A stretch of 53,288 bases of DNA from a virus (lineage: Duplodnaviria > Caudoviricetes), in the IMG/VR virus record IMGVR_UViG_3300037507_002397, positions 1 through 53,288 of that record; one strand, written 5' to 3'. Each line of letters begins with the position of its first letter. Position 1 is the first letter of the stretch. The notes beneath the pieces are model-generated. The model was not told the DNA's origin. It ran no database searches and saw nothing but the letters and a program-made list of their open reading frames with translations. Below are positions 10,062 through 18,254 of the stretch, piece after piece. Position numbers and translations under genes: made by a program.

Positions 10062-10420
10062 TCCCCCGCGGTTTTGCGAGTGACAGCCTCGAACCGATGC
10101 ACCTCGCTGACGATTTCGAGGATCACGGCGAACGGGATCAGTCGGAGGTCTTCATCCGTAGCCCGACCATTGAGGCCGGCGAACTTGACCTCATTACCCT
10201 CGCTGTCCTTGAAATTGCGCCATCCGACGAGCGACAGGCGCGCCATCTGGATGGCCTTTTTCGCCCAGCCTGAATCCTCTGCCGAGTAGGTATCGGCGAG
10301 CTCTGCCGCGTCGAAGACATCGAGAGGCCGGAGCAGCCATGTAGTCTGCTGCTCCGGCGGTTGGGCCGCGTCGCTGGGCGCGATGAACTCGCGTACAGCG
10401 GAGCGAAATGCGATTGCCAT
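10058..10420 (-). CDS. Tail assembly chaperone (gpG-like)
   Basis: Lies between tail tube and TMP; SLVGWRNFKD.EGNEVKF motif; AGAAAGG RBS; ends in G GGG GAG TGA. Confidence 0.82.
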   Translation of the reverse strand: MAIAFRSAVREFIAPSDAAQPPEQQTTWLLRPLDVFDAAELADTYSAEDSGWAKKAIQMARLSLVGWRNFKDSEGNEVKFAGLNGRATDEDLRLIPFAVILEIVSEVHRFEAVTRKTAGE

Positions 10421-10448
10421 AGGGAGCCTTTCTGTTGCCTAGAGTGAA

Positions 10449-11993
10449 TCAGAGAATCGTATAGATCAGCACAAGCTCATTGTCAGACGAGCTTGCGCCA
10501 CCGCTCTGAGAGCCGCCGTGAAGCACGCCGGAGAGCTGGCGAGTAGCGATGCCGTTTCGATCTCCCGTGGTCGCGCCAGTCCACGAAATTCCGGGCATCC
10601 GGAACTCGAACGAGTTTTGCGCGGCCGATCCGACAAAGAAGTTTGCACGGCTCGGCGTGTTGTCCGTGAACTGCTCCAGGTAGTCCCAAGTGCCCTCAGT
10701 AACCAGCTCCGGGTCAATCGAGATAGTCGGAGTGCGACCGCTCAAGACCGTCTCTTGAATTCCGGCGGCATCGGCCATGCATTCGCGAAACCCGATCTCG
10801 TTAGCCATCGCAATATCAATAGAAGCGATGCAGGGACCGTAGCGGTTCGCCCACGACGTGCCAGACTTCATATGAACCAAGTCAGCATCTAGGAGCACCG
10901 GAGGAACTTGAGACGTATAGGTGATACCTGTGACGTTGCCCGCATCCTGAGACGATGCGCCGGAGTTTTCCGACAGGCCGCCTTGGAACTCAAAGGTCAT
11001 AATCATCGGCTCGCCGATACGACCGCTGAAGCTGACCGTCCCGCGCGCGGCCTTGATCGCTTCGCGCACTGCGTCCTTGCTCATGCCGATCGAAAGCGTG
11101 GGGATCTGAAATTGAGCAGCTCCGCCAGTAGTCCCGATACCCGCGTATTGAGTGCCCGTTCCGCCTACGCCGCTCCAGATCGCTTCGCTATTTTGGAAGC
11201 TGCCAGAGATGCGGCGATAGTAGATAAGCGTTGCAGCCGTCGGGCCGCTGCTGTCGGCATAATAGAACTGACCGACAGCATTCGAGGTTGCACCGTAAAA
11301 CACGCCGCCTGCTGTGATGTTCGCCAGGAGACCACTGGCGTCCGTACGAATGACCGAAAGCGGATAGGACCACGGGAACCAAGCCACGCCTGCGGGAGTT
11401 GAGTAGGCAGTGCCAGTAATGCCGCCAGCTACGGCGCTAGGAGCTGCTGCGGTACTTGCGCCGCTAGTCCCACCGCTGAGAGTATGTCCAGCGGTAGTGG
11501 TGAAAGCTGTGATAGTCGTAGCACCGGGATCGAATCCGAGGTGATTTTCCTGCGCGACCCACAGGGTAGTCTGCCCGTCATATGTCGTGCCGACGACCAT
11601 GCCCTTGGCACCGCTAGTCGCCTGAGTGACGATCTCCCCATGCTGGAAAGGACCGGCGGTGATCGCGCCGATGGTCAGCTTGGCGAGCTTCTCTTGACGA
11701 AAACCGCAAGCTCGCAGCGGAAGTCCCCAGGCGGGGACGTTGGTCGCACCGGTGTCCCCAGTCAACTCCATCGAGAACCTGACGGTGCCCGTCTTAGTTC
11801 CGGTCAGGGATTGAAGCGGCGTGAGCGTCTCGCGCTTGATGTTGCGCTCAAAGACATTGACCGAAAAATCTAGTGAAGGGTCAATGACCAGATACTTGGA
11901 GTTGTTGGCAGTAAAAAGATTTGCGAAGGATGTAGCCGTCGCCTCGGTCGCTTCCTGGGCGATGCTGATTTGCTGAAGTCGTGAGAGGGCCAT
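10449..11993 (-). CDS. Major tail tube protein with a large central insertion
   Basis: Tube-like N- and C-terminal parts (FSMELTG..P.WGLPLRACG; RTPTISIDPE; GDRNGI); position. Confidence 0.8.
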   Translation of the reverse strand: MALSRLQQISIAQEATEATATSFANLFTANNSKYLVIDPSLDFSVNVFERNIKRETLTPLQSLTGTKTGTVRFSMELTGDTGATNVPAWGLPLRACGFRQEKLAKLTIGAITAGPFQHGEIVTQATSGAKGMVVGTTYDGQTTLWVAQENHLGFDPGATTITAFTTTAGHTLSGGTSGASTAAAPSAVAGGITGTAYSTPAGVAWFPWSYPLSVIRTDASGLLANITAGGVFYGATSNAVGQFYYADSSGPTAATLIYYRRISGSFQNSEAIWSGVGGTGTQYAGIGTTGGAAQFQIPTLSIGMSKDAVREAIKAARGTVSFSGRIGEPMIMTFEFQGGLSENSGASSQDAGNVTGITYTSQVPPVLLDADLVHMKSGTSWANRYGPCIASIDIAMANEIGFRECMADAAGIQETVLSGRTPTISIDPELVTEGTWDYLEQFTDNTPSRANFFVGSAAQNSFEFRMPGISWTGATTGDRNGIATRQLSGVLHGGSQSGGASSSDNELVLIYTIL

Positions 11994-12002
11994 AGAAGGT
12001 TC

Positions 12003-12467
12003 CTAAAAGGCGGTGGTTGGGTCTTCGTATAGGGTTCGGTAAAGCACTCGAACCTCCACGATCGCCGAGCAGATCGGGTCTGCCGTCTTCGACACATCGT
12101 AGATTTGATCCGAGAGTATCTGCGTGGTCACGGCCTTGCCGCCGCGGGTTACGTCCGCGGTAAGTGCTACTCGAGCATCGGCAAGGAGCTTGTGCATTTC
12201 GGTTGACCAGTCCGCGCTACGCATGACCAGATGGAGCGCGATGTCCATCGTACTTGTGATGAGGTGCAGCCTGCCGTCCTCGTGGGATTCTCCAGACGGT
12301 ACAACCACGGCCGCGGGAAACTCGTTGATGTCAAAGTCGTTGCCGTTCCATCGGCGCGCAAGATTGACCTTCATTGAGTACGTAGGGGCGTTGATTGCAC
12401 CTAAAGTGCTGACTATGTTCGAGATGATGGATTCCCGGACCGGCGTGCTTGTCGGGTTGTAGGGCAC
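12003..12467 (-). CDS. Tail terminator (gpU-like)
   Basis: VRESIISNIVSTL...FPAAVV...ALTADVTRGG.A...YRT pattern; upstream of the tube gene. Confidence 0.8.
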   Translation of the reverse strand: MPYNPTSTPVRESIISNIVSTLGAINAPTYSMKVNLARRWNGNDFDINEFPAAVVVPSGESHEDGRLHLITSTMDIALHLVMRSADWSTEMHKLLADARVALTADVTRGGKAVTTQILSDQIYDVSKTADPICSAIVEVRVLYRTLYEDPTTAF

Positions 12468-12802
12468 TACAGAACCTCCTCCAGCTCGATGGTCAATGAG
12501 CCCGTAGCAGTGGAGTCAAAGATACGCTCCATCGTGTCACGCGCGAAGCGAACTAGGATCGCGCTCTCGCCCTCTGGAGTATAGTTCATCGACATCACAG
12601 GTCCGTATGTCGCCGAAAATAGTGCCTTGATTCTTCGCAGAAGCGCCGACGGGGCACGATCCCAAACAAGGGTGTACACGCGCAGCTCGCGCTGGTTGAT
12701 CTGGCGCACCTGCATCATGCCGCCAAGATCAGAGAACGCGGCTCTTCGCTTGCTAATACGCGTGTATGGAAACTCCGCGCAGATGTCGAAGGTCTCCGCC
12801 AT
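12467..12802 (-). CDS. Second, stand-alone gpM/Dit-like protein in the neck cluster
   Basis: R.YTLVW...ALF...GP....YTP.GE....VRF......IELEEVL parallels the C-terminal domain of 3986..6268. Confidence 0.6.
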   Translation of the reverse strand: MAETFDICAEFPYTRISKRRAAFSDLGGMMQVRQINQRELRVYTLVWDRAPSALLRRIKALFSATYGPVMSMNYTPEGESAILVRFARDTMERIFDSTATGSLTIELEEVL

Positions 12803-13488
12803 CAGGTAATGCCCTCAAAGGCGCGATTGAATCCGCGCTTGACGGCGTTGCCGACGCGCAGCACGCGATTGGGACCGAGCCTATCCCATGTGCTGCTGAA
12901 CCCCAGCCGCGGTGGCACGTAAACACTTGTGCGAAGCAAGTACAGAGGCTCGATACGCTGCCGCTTCCCACGGCCGGACCGCACGCCGAACAAAAGGTTT
13001 CCGCGCTTGGACGTGAAGAAAAACCCATCCGGGTATTCACGCGGACCTTTCTTTCGGGGAATGCCACGCGGCCCGAGTGCCTTACCAATTGGCAGGGCGA
13101 GATACTTGCCGTTCTTCGGCTTGATCGTCCCGCCGTACTCCTGCAAGTTCGCGTAGCTTGTTCCGGCAGAATATACGCGCACTTGAAGGTCGGAAATCGA
13201 GCCGCCCTGCACCTCGTAGTTGAAGGACTTGTTTAGAAGTCCCGTTCTGCTTTGCAGGATGTCCTTGTCATTTTTCCAGCTTGTGTAGCGCCGGAATCGC
13301 GTGAGCTTCATCTCACGCTGGAACTCCTGCCCAGACTGCTGAAGAGCCTTCTTGGCCTCGGCAAAGACAAGTCCAGGCACACGCTTGAGCGCGCGCTTGA
13401 ATTTGTCCAGATTGCCCTCGAGTCCCAAGGGATCAGCCCCCCCACACCATGCGGCGATGTCGACGTGCTGCCTCGCGGACGAGTGCAA
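12802..13488 (-). CDS. Tail completion/neck protein (HK97 gp10 or virion-morphogenesis-like); true start probably near TTG 13428
   Basis: RTGLL..S, YA..QEYGGTI.PK.GKYL.LP and V.VPPR motifs. Confidence 0.75.
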   Translation of the reverse strand: MHSSARQHVDIAAWCGGADPLGLEGNLDKFKRALKRVPGLVFAEAKKALQQSGQEFQREMKLTRFRRYTSWKNDKDILQSRTGLLNKSFNYEVQGGSISDLQVRVYSAGTSYANLQEYGGTIKPKNGKYLALPIGKALGPRGIPRKKGPREYPDGFFFTSKRGNLLFGVRSGRGKRQRIEPLYLLRTSVYVPPRLGFSSTWDRLGPNRVLRVGNAVKRGFNRAFEGIT

Positions 13489-14056
13489 TCAGAGCAAGCT
13501 CTCCGGTATACTGCGCCGAGCTGTCTCCCATGTCGGTAGCCGTTTGCCCCGGCATGGATCGACGTTTGAACTCGTGAACGCACTGCATATCGCAGGCCTG
13601 TGCAAGCTCTGGATATGCTGTGATGAAATTGGCTGTGCTCGTAGCCATCCCGCTTGTGTATGTGACTTGCACGTAAATTGGAGCGATCGGCCGGCCGCTG
13701 TCTGCATCACGCAGCGGCTCAAAAGATCCAAGGAATCGAAGCTCGCCGCGCTGGGGATCTAAGATGTAGTCCTCGTTCGCTGTCAACGTGTCGGCCGTAG
13801 TGAAGTCTGCCGTGGTGCTGACCTTGACCGTGACCGCGGATCCGGTGTCGACCGGGTAGCCCTTGAGCAGGACTAGCCGCTTGACTGCGCGCATCTGATA
13901 AAGCTCGGTGCGCGCGCTAGTGTGCGCGTGCCGATCCATCAGCCGCTCAATCTCGTAGCCCACAGATTTGATGAGCTGATTGATAAGCACGTCCGATGCC
14001 GAGCCGTTAATGCCCAGACATTCCTTGACGCGTTGTGTAGTCGTGAGATCCATCAA
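13433..14056 (-). CDS. Head-tail connector/adaptor (gp6-like)
   Basis: LTT..RVKE.LGI...SD.LI..LI, VTYTSG and P.L.QAC motifs. Confidence 0.8.
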   Translation of the reverse strand: MMDLTTTQRVKECLGINGSASDVLINQLIKSVGYEIERLMDRHAHTSARTELYQMRAVKRLVLLKGYPVDTGSAVTVKVSTTADFTTADTLTANEDYILDPQRGELRFLGSFEPLRDADSGRPIAPIYVQVTYTSGMATSTANFITAYPELAQACDMQCVHEFKRRSMPGQTATDMGDSSAQYTGELALIALVREAARRHRRMVWGG

Positions 14057-14262
14057 TCCTCAGAAGCTGATGCGTCTTCCGGCTTTTCAGTTTTTGTTTT
14101 GGATTGGAATTCTGGCTCAGATACTTCGATAACCGCAAATCTTCGGTGCATCCCGCTAGGAACATCGTCCAGCGTGTCGATGCGGTCCCCTTTGACCAGA
14201 TAGCGGGTTCCGTCTTTTGTCCAGACTCCATGGGGACCGATGCAGATGTACGCGTATGCCAT
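14053..14262 (-). CDS. Small hypothetical protein in head cluster
   Basis: ORF tightly packed in the operon. Confidence 0.6.
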   Translation of the reverse strand: MAYAYICIGPHGVWTKDGTRYLVKGDRIDTLDDVPSGMHRRFAVIEVSEPEFQSKTKTEKPEDASASED

Positions 14263-14264
14263 TT

Positions 14265-14648
14265 TTAGAGTGTGACGCTAGGGGGAGTTGCCAGGGATTG
14301 CGCGTTGTTCATCAGCCAGCATGCAGCGCCAAAAACGGTAGCGGGCGAGTTGCCAGCGGTCACGAGTCTGATGTAGCGGCGCACGTTGATCGTGTCTAGG
14401 TGGAATGTTTGAACGACTAGCCCGCTGGACGCTCCAACAGAAATCGACGGAACGGCAGTCGCGGCAAAAGATGAGCCATCATCGCTGTCCTCGATAGATG
14501 CCGTGAGGTCTTCGCCCGCACCGGAATCGAGAACAAGCGTAATTATCGAGTGGCTGTAGTTTGAAACGTCAATCGCTGCTCCAGTGAATGCCCCGGAGTT
14601 GACCGCGATGACGGTTGCCGTGTTTTTTGTCGCGTCGTCAAAGCGCAT
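14265..14648 (-). CDS. Capsid cement/decoration-like protein (Bbp16-like), paralog 3
   Basis: MRFDDATKN...AIDVSNYSH...EDSDDGSSF...RRYIRL. Confidence 0.65.
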   Translation of the reverse strand: MRFDDATKNTATVIAVNSGAFTGAAIDVSNYSHSIITLVLDSGAGEDLTASIEDSDDGSSFAATAVPSISVGASSGLVVQTFHLDTINVRRYIRLVTAGNSPATVFGAACWLMNNAQSLATPPSVTL

Positions 14649-15040
14649 TAGAAAATAACCTGCGGCGCTGGGGCCAAGCTGTTCTTCTCGTTCTGCTGAA
14701 TGCAGTACGCTGCATACAGTGTTGGAGTTCCGAGAACGTGGTTCGATAGAATCCGCAAGTATCTCTGATACTTCTTGTGATCGATCAAAAGCGTCCTGAG
14801 AGCATTGCTTGTGTTCGCGTTGATAACCGTGATTGCTCCGCTGATATCCGTGAAGCTAACGTTGTCTGCGCTTTCCTGTACTTTCACGGATAGACGCTGA
14901 CCAGCTCCTGTGCTGCTCATGATAAAAAACTGCACGTGGCTGTAGTTGGCACCATCAATGCTGGCCGATACCGCATCATTGGCCGTAACGTTTGCCATCA
15001 GCGCCGTGATATTGTTCTTTGTTTTGTCGTCGTAGCGCAT
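14648..15040 (-). CDS. Capsid cement/decoration-like protein, paralog 2
   Basis: MRYDDKTKN...SIDGANYSH...VQESADNVSFTDI...RYLRI. Confidence 0.65.
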   Translation of the reverse strand: MRYDDKTKNNITALMANVTANDAVSASIDGANYSHVQFFIMSSTGAGQRLSVKVQESADNVSFTDISGAITVINANTSNALRTLLIDHKKYQRYLRILSNHVLGTPTLYAAYCIQQNEKNSLAPAPQVIF

Positions 15041-15043
15041 CGC

Positions 15044-15385
15044 CTACTTCTTTTTCCCGCCGATAGACGGTGCTTCGATGCCAGATGTCGAACCAGTCGC
15101 CGCAGCAGCACGCATCGCTTCGACTTTCTTGATCTCGGCCTTGGGAGTGGCCGGTGTGCTGTTGTTCCATAACTCTCGTTCCTTCAAAAGAACAGGCGGA
15201 ATCGGAGAGACCACTGAGTCGGCCGGAGCTTCTTTTAGTTTGTGCTCCTGACCTTTGACTGCGTGCTTGATGTACGGGTCGGACAGATCCAGAACACCGC
15301 CTGGCTCAAGCCAGACGCGCTCATGTGGATTTCCAATTCCGTGCGGCATCTGCAAAAACCAGCCGCTTGAGACCTGATGAAGCAT
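15044..15385 (-). CDS. Hypothetical protein in head cluster
   Basis: ORF with AGAAAGG RBS. Confidence 0.65.
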   Translation of the reverse strand: MLHQVSSGWFLQMPHGIGNPHERVWLEPGGVLDLSDPYIKHAVKGQEHKLKEAPADSVVSPIPPVLLKERELWNNSTPATPKAEIKKVEAMRAAAATGSTSGIEAPSIGGKKK

Positions 15386-15427
15386 GGATGGGTAAGCCTT
15401 TCTTGCGAACTACTTGGACAAGGCAGA

Positions 15428-15460
15428 GACCCCAAGCGCCGTTCGCAGACGCTCGGGGTC
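15428..15460 (-). terminator. Hairpin after capsid and first cement gene (terminator or mRNA stabiliser)
   Basis: GACCCCGAGCG...CGCTTGGGGTC on minus; weak U-tract. Confidence 0.5.
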
Positions 15461-15474
15461 GCTTTGCGTTTGTA

Positions 15475-15936
15475 CTACACGCTGAAAGCGTAGGACAACA
15501 CGTTGGCATCAGCAGCCGTGCTCGTTGAGCCAGAAGCGTATGCCGCTTGCACAGTGGACTGGTCGCTATCTTCGGGATTGAAGAGCACGATGGTCACACT
15601 AAAGCTAGACGCCGTGCTTCCAGCGAACGCCGCATTCGCACGAATGTAGCGAGCCTGCGGAGGAAGATAAACGACACCAGCATATACCTTGTCGTCATTG
15701 GTTGACGTCACAGCCGTGAAGGCTGCTCCGGTAATGCCGGTATAGTTCGTCTCCACTGACGAAGAGGATTGGACCGTAACCGTGACGGTATCGCCAACCG
15801 TCGCGGTATCCAGAATTACCAGCGCGTGAGTATAGCCGATAACATCTACGCCGCGGCCGGCAGTCGTCGCAGTCTTAGAACCGGGAGCGATGCTGCTGCA
15901 AACCTTGACGTGGGTTTGGGGATTGAATGCAACCAT
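15475..15936 (-). CDS. Capsid cement/decoration-like protein, paralog 1
   Basis: TAGRGVDVIGYTHA...VQSSS....YTGITGAAF...RYIRA; immediately after the capsid gene. Confidence 0.7.
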   Translation of the reverse strand: MVAFNPQTHVKVCSSIAPGSKTATTAGRGVDVIGYTHALVILDTATVGDTVTVTVQSSSSVETNYTGITGAAFTAVTSTNDDKVYAGVVYLPPQARYIRANAAFAGSTASSFSVTIVLFNPEDSDQSTVQAAYASGSTSTAADANVLSYAFSV

Positions 15937-15957
15937 GTGTAATAGTTCCTTTCTAAA

Positions 15958-17178
15958 TCAGGCCTGGATGCCGGTTGCGGTACAGAACGCGCTGGGTTGA
16001 GCGACACCAATGTCGACTTCCATTGCAGCCATAATCTGCGTTTGCATCTTGGCGAAGCTATCGCCGGCCACGTCGCTAGAGCGCAGCACCATCGTGCCCC
16101 ACTCGCCGAGATAGCACTGCGAGAAGTCGCCGAAAAGAATGGCGTTAGCCACGGTGCCAGAAATCGCGGTCAGTTGGTTGCTGATCGCGTACTTGTAGCC
16201 CATCAATTGAGGCGCACCGTTGAATTGACCAGCGCCGAACAGGCGACGCTCCATGTTGTAGCCGCTCGCGGAGTCAACCATCTTCGACAGGCCGGAGAAG
16301 GCAGACGAGTGCATAGCCCAACCGCAGTTGGCCAGATCCACATTGTCCGCGGACAGCTCCTGGATCATGTCGATCAGCTTTCCGTATGCAGCGTTCGCTG
16401 CGACCGAGCCGAAGCTCGTAACCGTATTGATGCCACTGGTCTGGAGGATGCCAGTCGGCTGACCAGACGCGCCGGTGCCAGCGTAGATCGCCGCGTCGAT
16501 AGCGATGCCAAGATCCTTGGCGATCTGCGCGCGCGTGATCTGCTCGGCAGCCGGGCTGCTGAGGTTGATAAGGCGGTTGGACAGGATGACGCGCGACGCA
16601 ACCGCGTGCGGAGTCATGTTCAGTTGACCGAAGGACAGATCCGAAGCGGTCACGCTGACATTTTCAGCGACCCAGTAGGCCGTCGAAGCGCCGGTGATCT
16701 TAGGAATCTGGACGGGCGAGCCCGACAGCGGCAGACGCTGGACACCGAGCGAGAGCGCGGTGATCCGCTTCTGGAGCAGCGGAATAATCATGTTTTCCAT
16801 GATCTGCACGGGGACGATGAAGCCGCCGGCCGAGTCGGTCGTGGTGCTCATGTCCTTGCCGATGGTCTTAGCCGCTTCCTTGCAGAGGTCGGCCTCGTAC
16901 TGGCAATCGCTGAAGTCGCGCGACACCAAACCCTTGGCGAGCTTGGCAAAGCTGAACTTGGACACGTCCTTTTCATCGAGACCCTTCACGACCGGAAGGG
17001 CCGCACGCTTGGCCTCGAAGGCGGCGATGGCGGCATCCGCTTCTTCCTTCGCCTTCTTTTCCAGCTTGGAGATCAGGTCGGTGTCACGCTTATCAAACTG
17101 CTTATTGATCTCGGCAAGCAGGCGCTCGGCGAGTTCTTGACCCTTGAGGGTCTCGGGGGTGTTGTTATCGGTCGGCAT
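15958..17178 (-). CDS. Major capsid protein, HK97 fold (406 aa from ATG 17178)
   Basis: TTTDSAGGFIVP, AYWVAE, GTGASGQPTGIL and LFGDFSQ motifs; start MPTDNN chosen just after the protease stop. Confidence 0.95.
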   Translation of the reverse strand: MPTDNNTPETLKGQELAERLLAEINKQFDKRDTDLISKLEKKAKEEADAAIAAFEAKRAALPVVKGLDEKDVSKFSFAKLAKGLVSRDFSDCQYEADLCKEAAKTIGKDMSTTTDSAGGFIVPVQIMENMIIPLLQKRITALSLGVQRLPLSGSPVQIPKITGASTAYWVAENVSVTASDLSFGQLNMTPHAVASRVILSNRLINLSSPAAEQITRAQIAKDLGIAIDAAIYAGTGASGQPTGILQTSGINTVTSFGSVAANAAYGKLIDMIQELSADNVDLANCGWAMHSSAFSGLSKMVDSASGYNMERRLFGAGQFNGAPQLMGYKYAISNQLTAISGTVANAILFGDFSQCYLGEWGTMVLRSSDVAGDSFAKMQTQIMAAMEVDIGVAQPSAFCTATGIQA

Positions 17179-17182
17179 GGTT

Positions 17183-18250
17183 TTAGTTTTTGTTGCCCCC
17201 CGCAACTTCCCCACGCTCAAGAGCCGCGCGCAACCGGGACTCGAAGGACTCGCTGAAGAGTTCGTCGTAGCTCTTGGGTTGCGTATGGCACTCGGCGTGT
17301 TGGTCGAGCGTGGCGGAAGGGGCTTCTGGCACGCTCGACCTGTTCTTATTGACTGCCTGCGAGGCGAGCTTGCGGCGCATGATCTTGACGCTCTTTTCCA
17401 GCGCCTCAATCTTTTGCGTTTGCAAGCGCACCTCGGCGAGCAGTTCTGATTTCATCTCACCAAAGAGCGCGGCAACATCCAGAGTGGTGGGATGCTGCGC
17501 GACTTCCTCTGTCTTGTCTTCCTTCGGCAGTTCGGGCACAACGATCTGCGTCTTAGCCGGCAGACCGAGCGCATCGAACAGCCGCGAAACTGTCTTTTCG
17601 CTCACCGCGCCAGACTGCGCGAAGCTCTTAGCCGCGCTCATCAGCGCATTAGGGTTGGCAGGAATGGAGCACTGGGAGAGCTCGATCTGCTCCTGCTTTT
17701 CGTAAAGGACACCATACGCACCAAGCCCCGCGGCTTCGCGCTTCTCCGGCGTGTCCGGGTAGCTGGACTTCGTAGGAATGAATCCGACCGAGACGGCCTT
17801 GATGAAGCCGCCGTCCACCAGTCGATAGATCAGGTCGGCTTCGGGGTTCATCTCCGCAGTCGCGTACTCGATGGACTCGAAGAGCGCCGGCGTGTTGTCG
17901 CGCTTCGCGCCCTTCTCAAAGTCGAACACGCGGCCGATGGGCAGCGAGGATGCATCGTGGCCCCACAGCGCAACCGGGTTCTTCTTGAAGTTTTTGAAGT
18001 CCCAGCCGCTCACGCGAATGATGTCGCCGGCCCTATCGGCGGTCTCGTCGCTGGCGATAAAGCGGAAGCTGCGGCCACGCTCGCCCTTCTCAGGATCGTT
18101 TATAGCGGCGGTGCGCCAGTGCGGCACACTGTCACGCTTGATTGCGATGACGTTCTCAATCTTCTCGGCTGCAAGTTCTTCTACGCTGGCGATGCCGCGC
18201 AAGATCCGCTCGGAGAGTTCCTTCAGGTTATTTGTGATGATCTCGGTCAT
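17183..18250 (-). CDS. HK97-family prohead protease with C-terminal coiled-coil/scaffold-like tail
   Basis: ASDET.DR.GDII, NPVALWGHD, AVSVGFIP and ELS....PANPNA motifs. Confidence 0.93.
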   Translation of the reverse strand: MTEIITNNLKELSERILRGIASVEELAAEKIENVIAIKRDSVPHWRTAAINDPEKGERGRSFRFIASDETADRAGDIIRVSGWDFKNFKKNPVALWGHDASSLPIGRVFDFEKGAKRDNTPALFESIEYATAEMNPEADLIYRLVDGGFIKAVSVGFIPTKSSYPDTPEKREAAGLGAYGVLYEKQEQIELSQCSIPANPNALMSAAKSFAQSGAVSEKTVSRLFDALGLPAKTQIVVPELPKEDKTEEVAQHPTTLDVAALFGEMKSELLAEVRLQTQKIEALEKSVKIMRRKLASQAVNKNRSSVPEAPSATLDQHAECHTQPKSYDELFSESFESRLRAALERGEVAGGNKN

Positions 18251-18254
18251 ATCT

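Noticed and set aside
15374-15415. CTGATGA as a second hammerhead core
   Set aside because: No stem II followed by GAAA and no matching stems I/III; other CTGATGA/TCATCAG hits I noticed are in coding sequence without the structure.
15997-17256. 419-aa plus-strand ORF antisense to the capsid gene, and many similar shadow ORFs (e.g. 17492-18298, 34478-35263)
   Set aside because: Expected shadows of GC-rich codon usage; no motifs or RBS.
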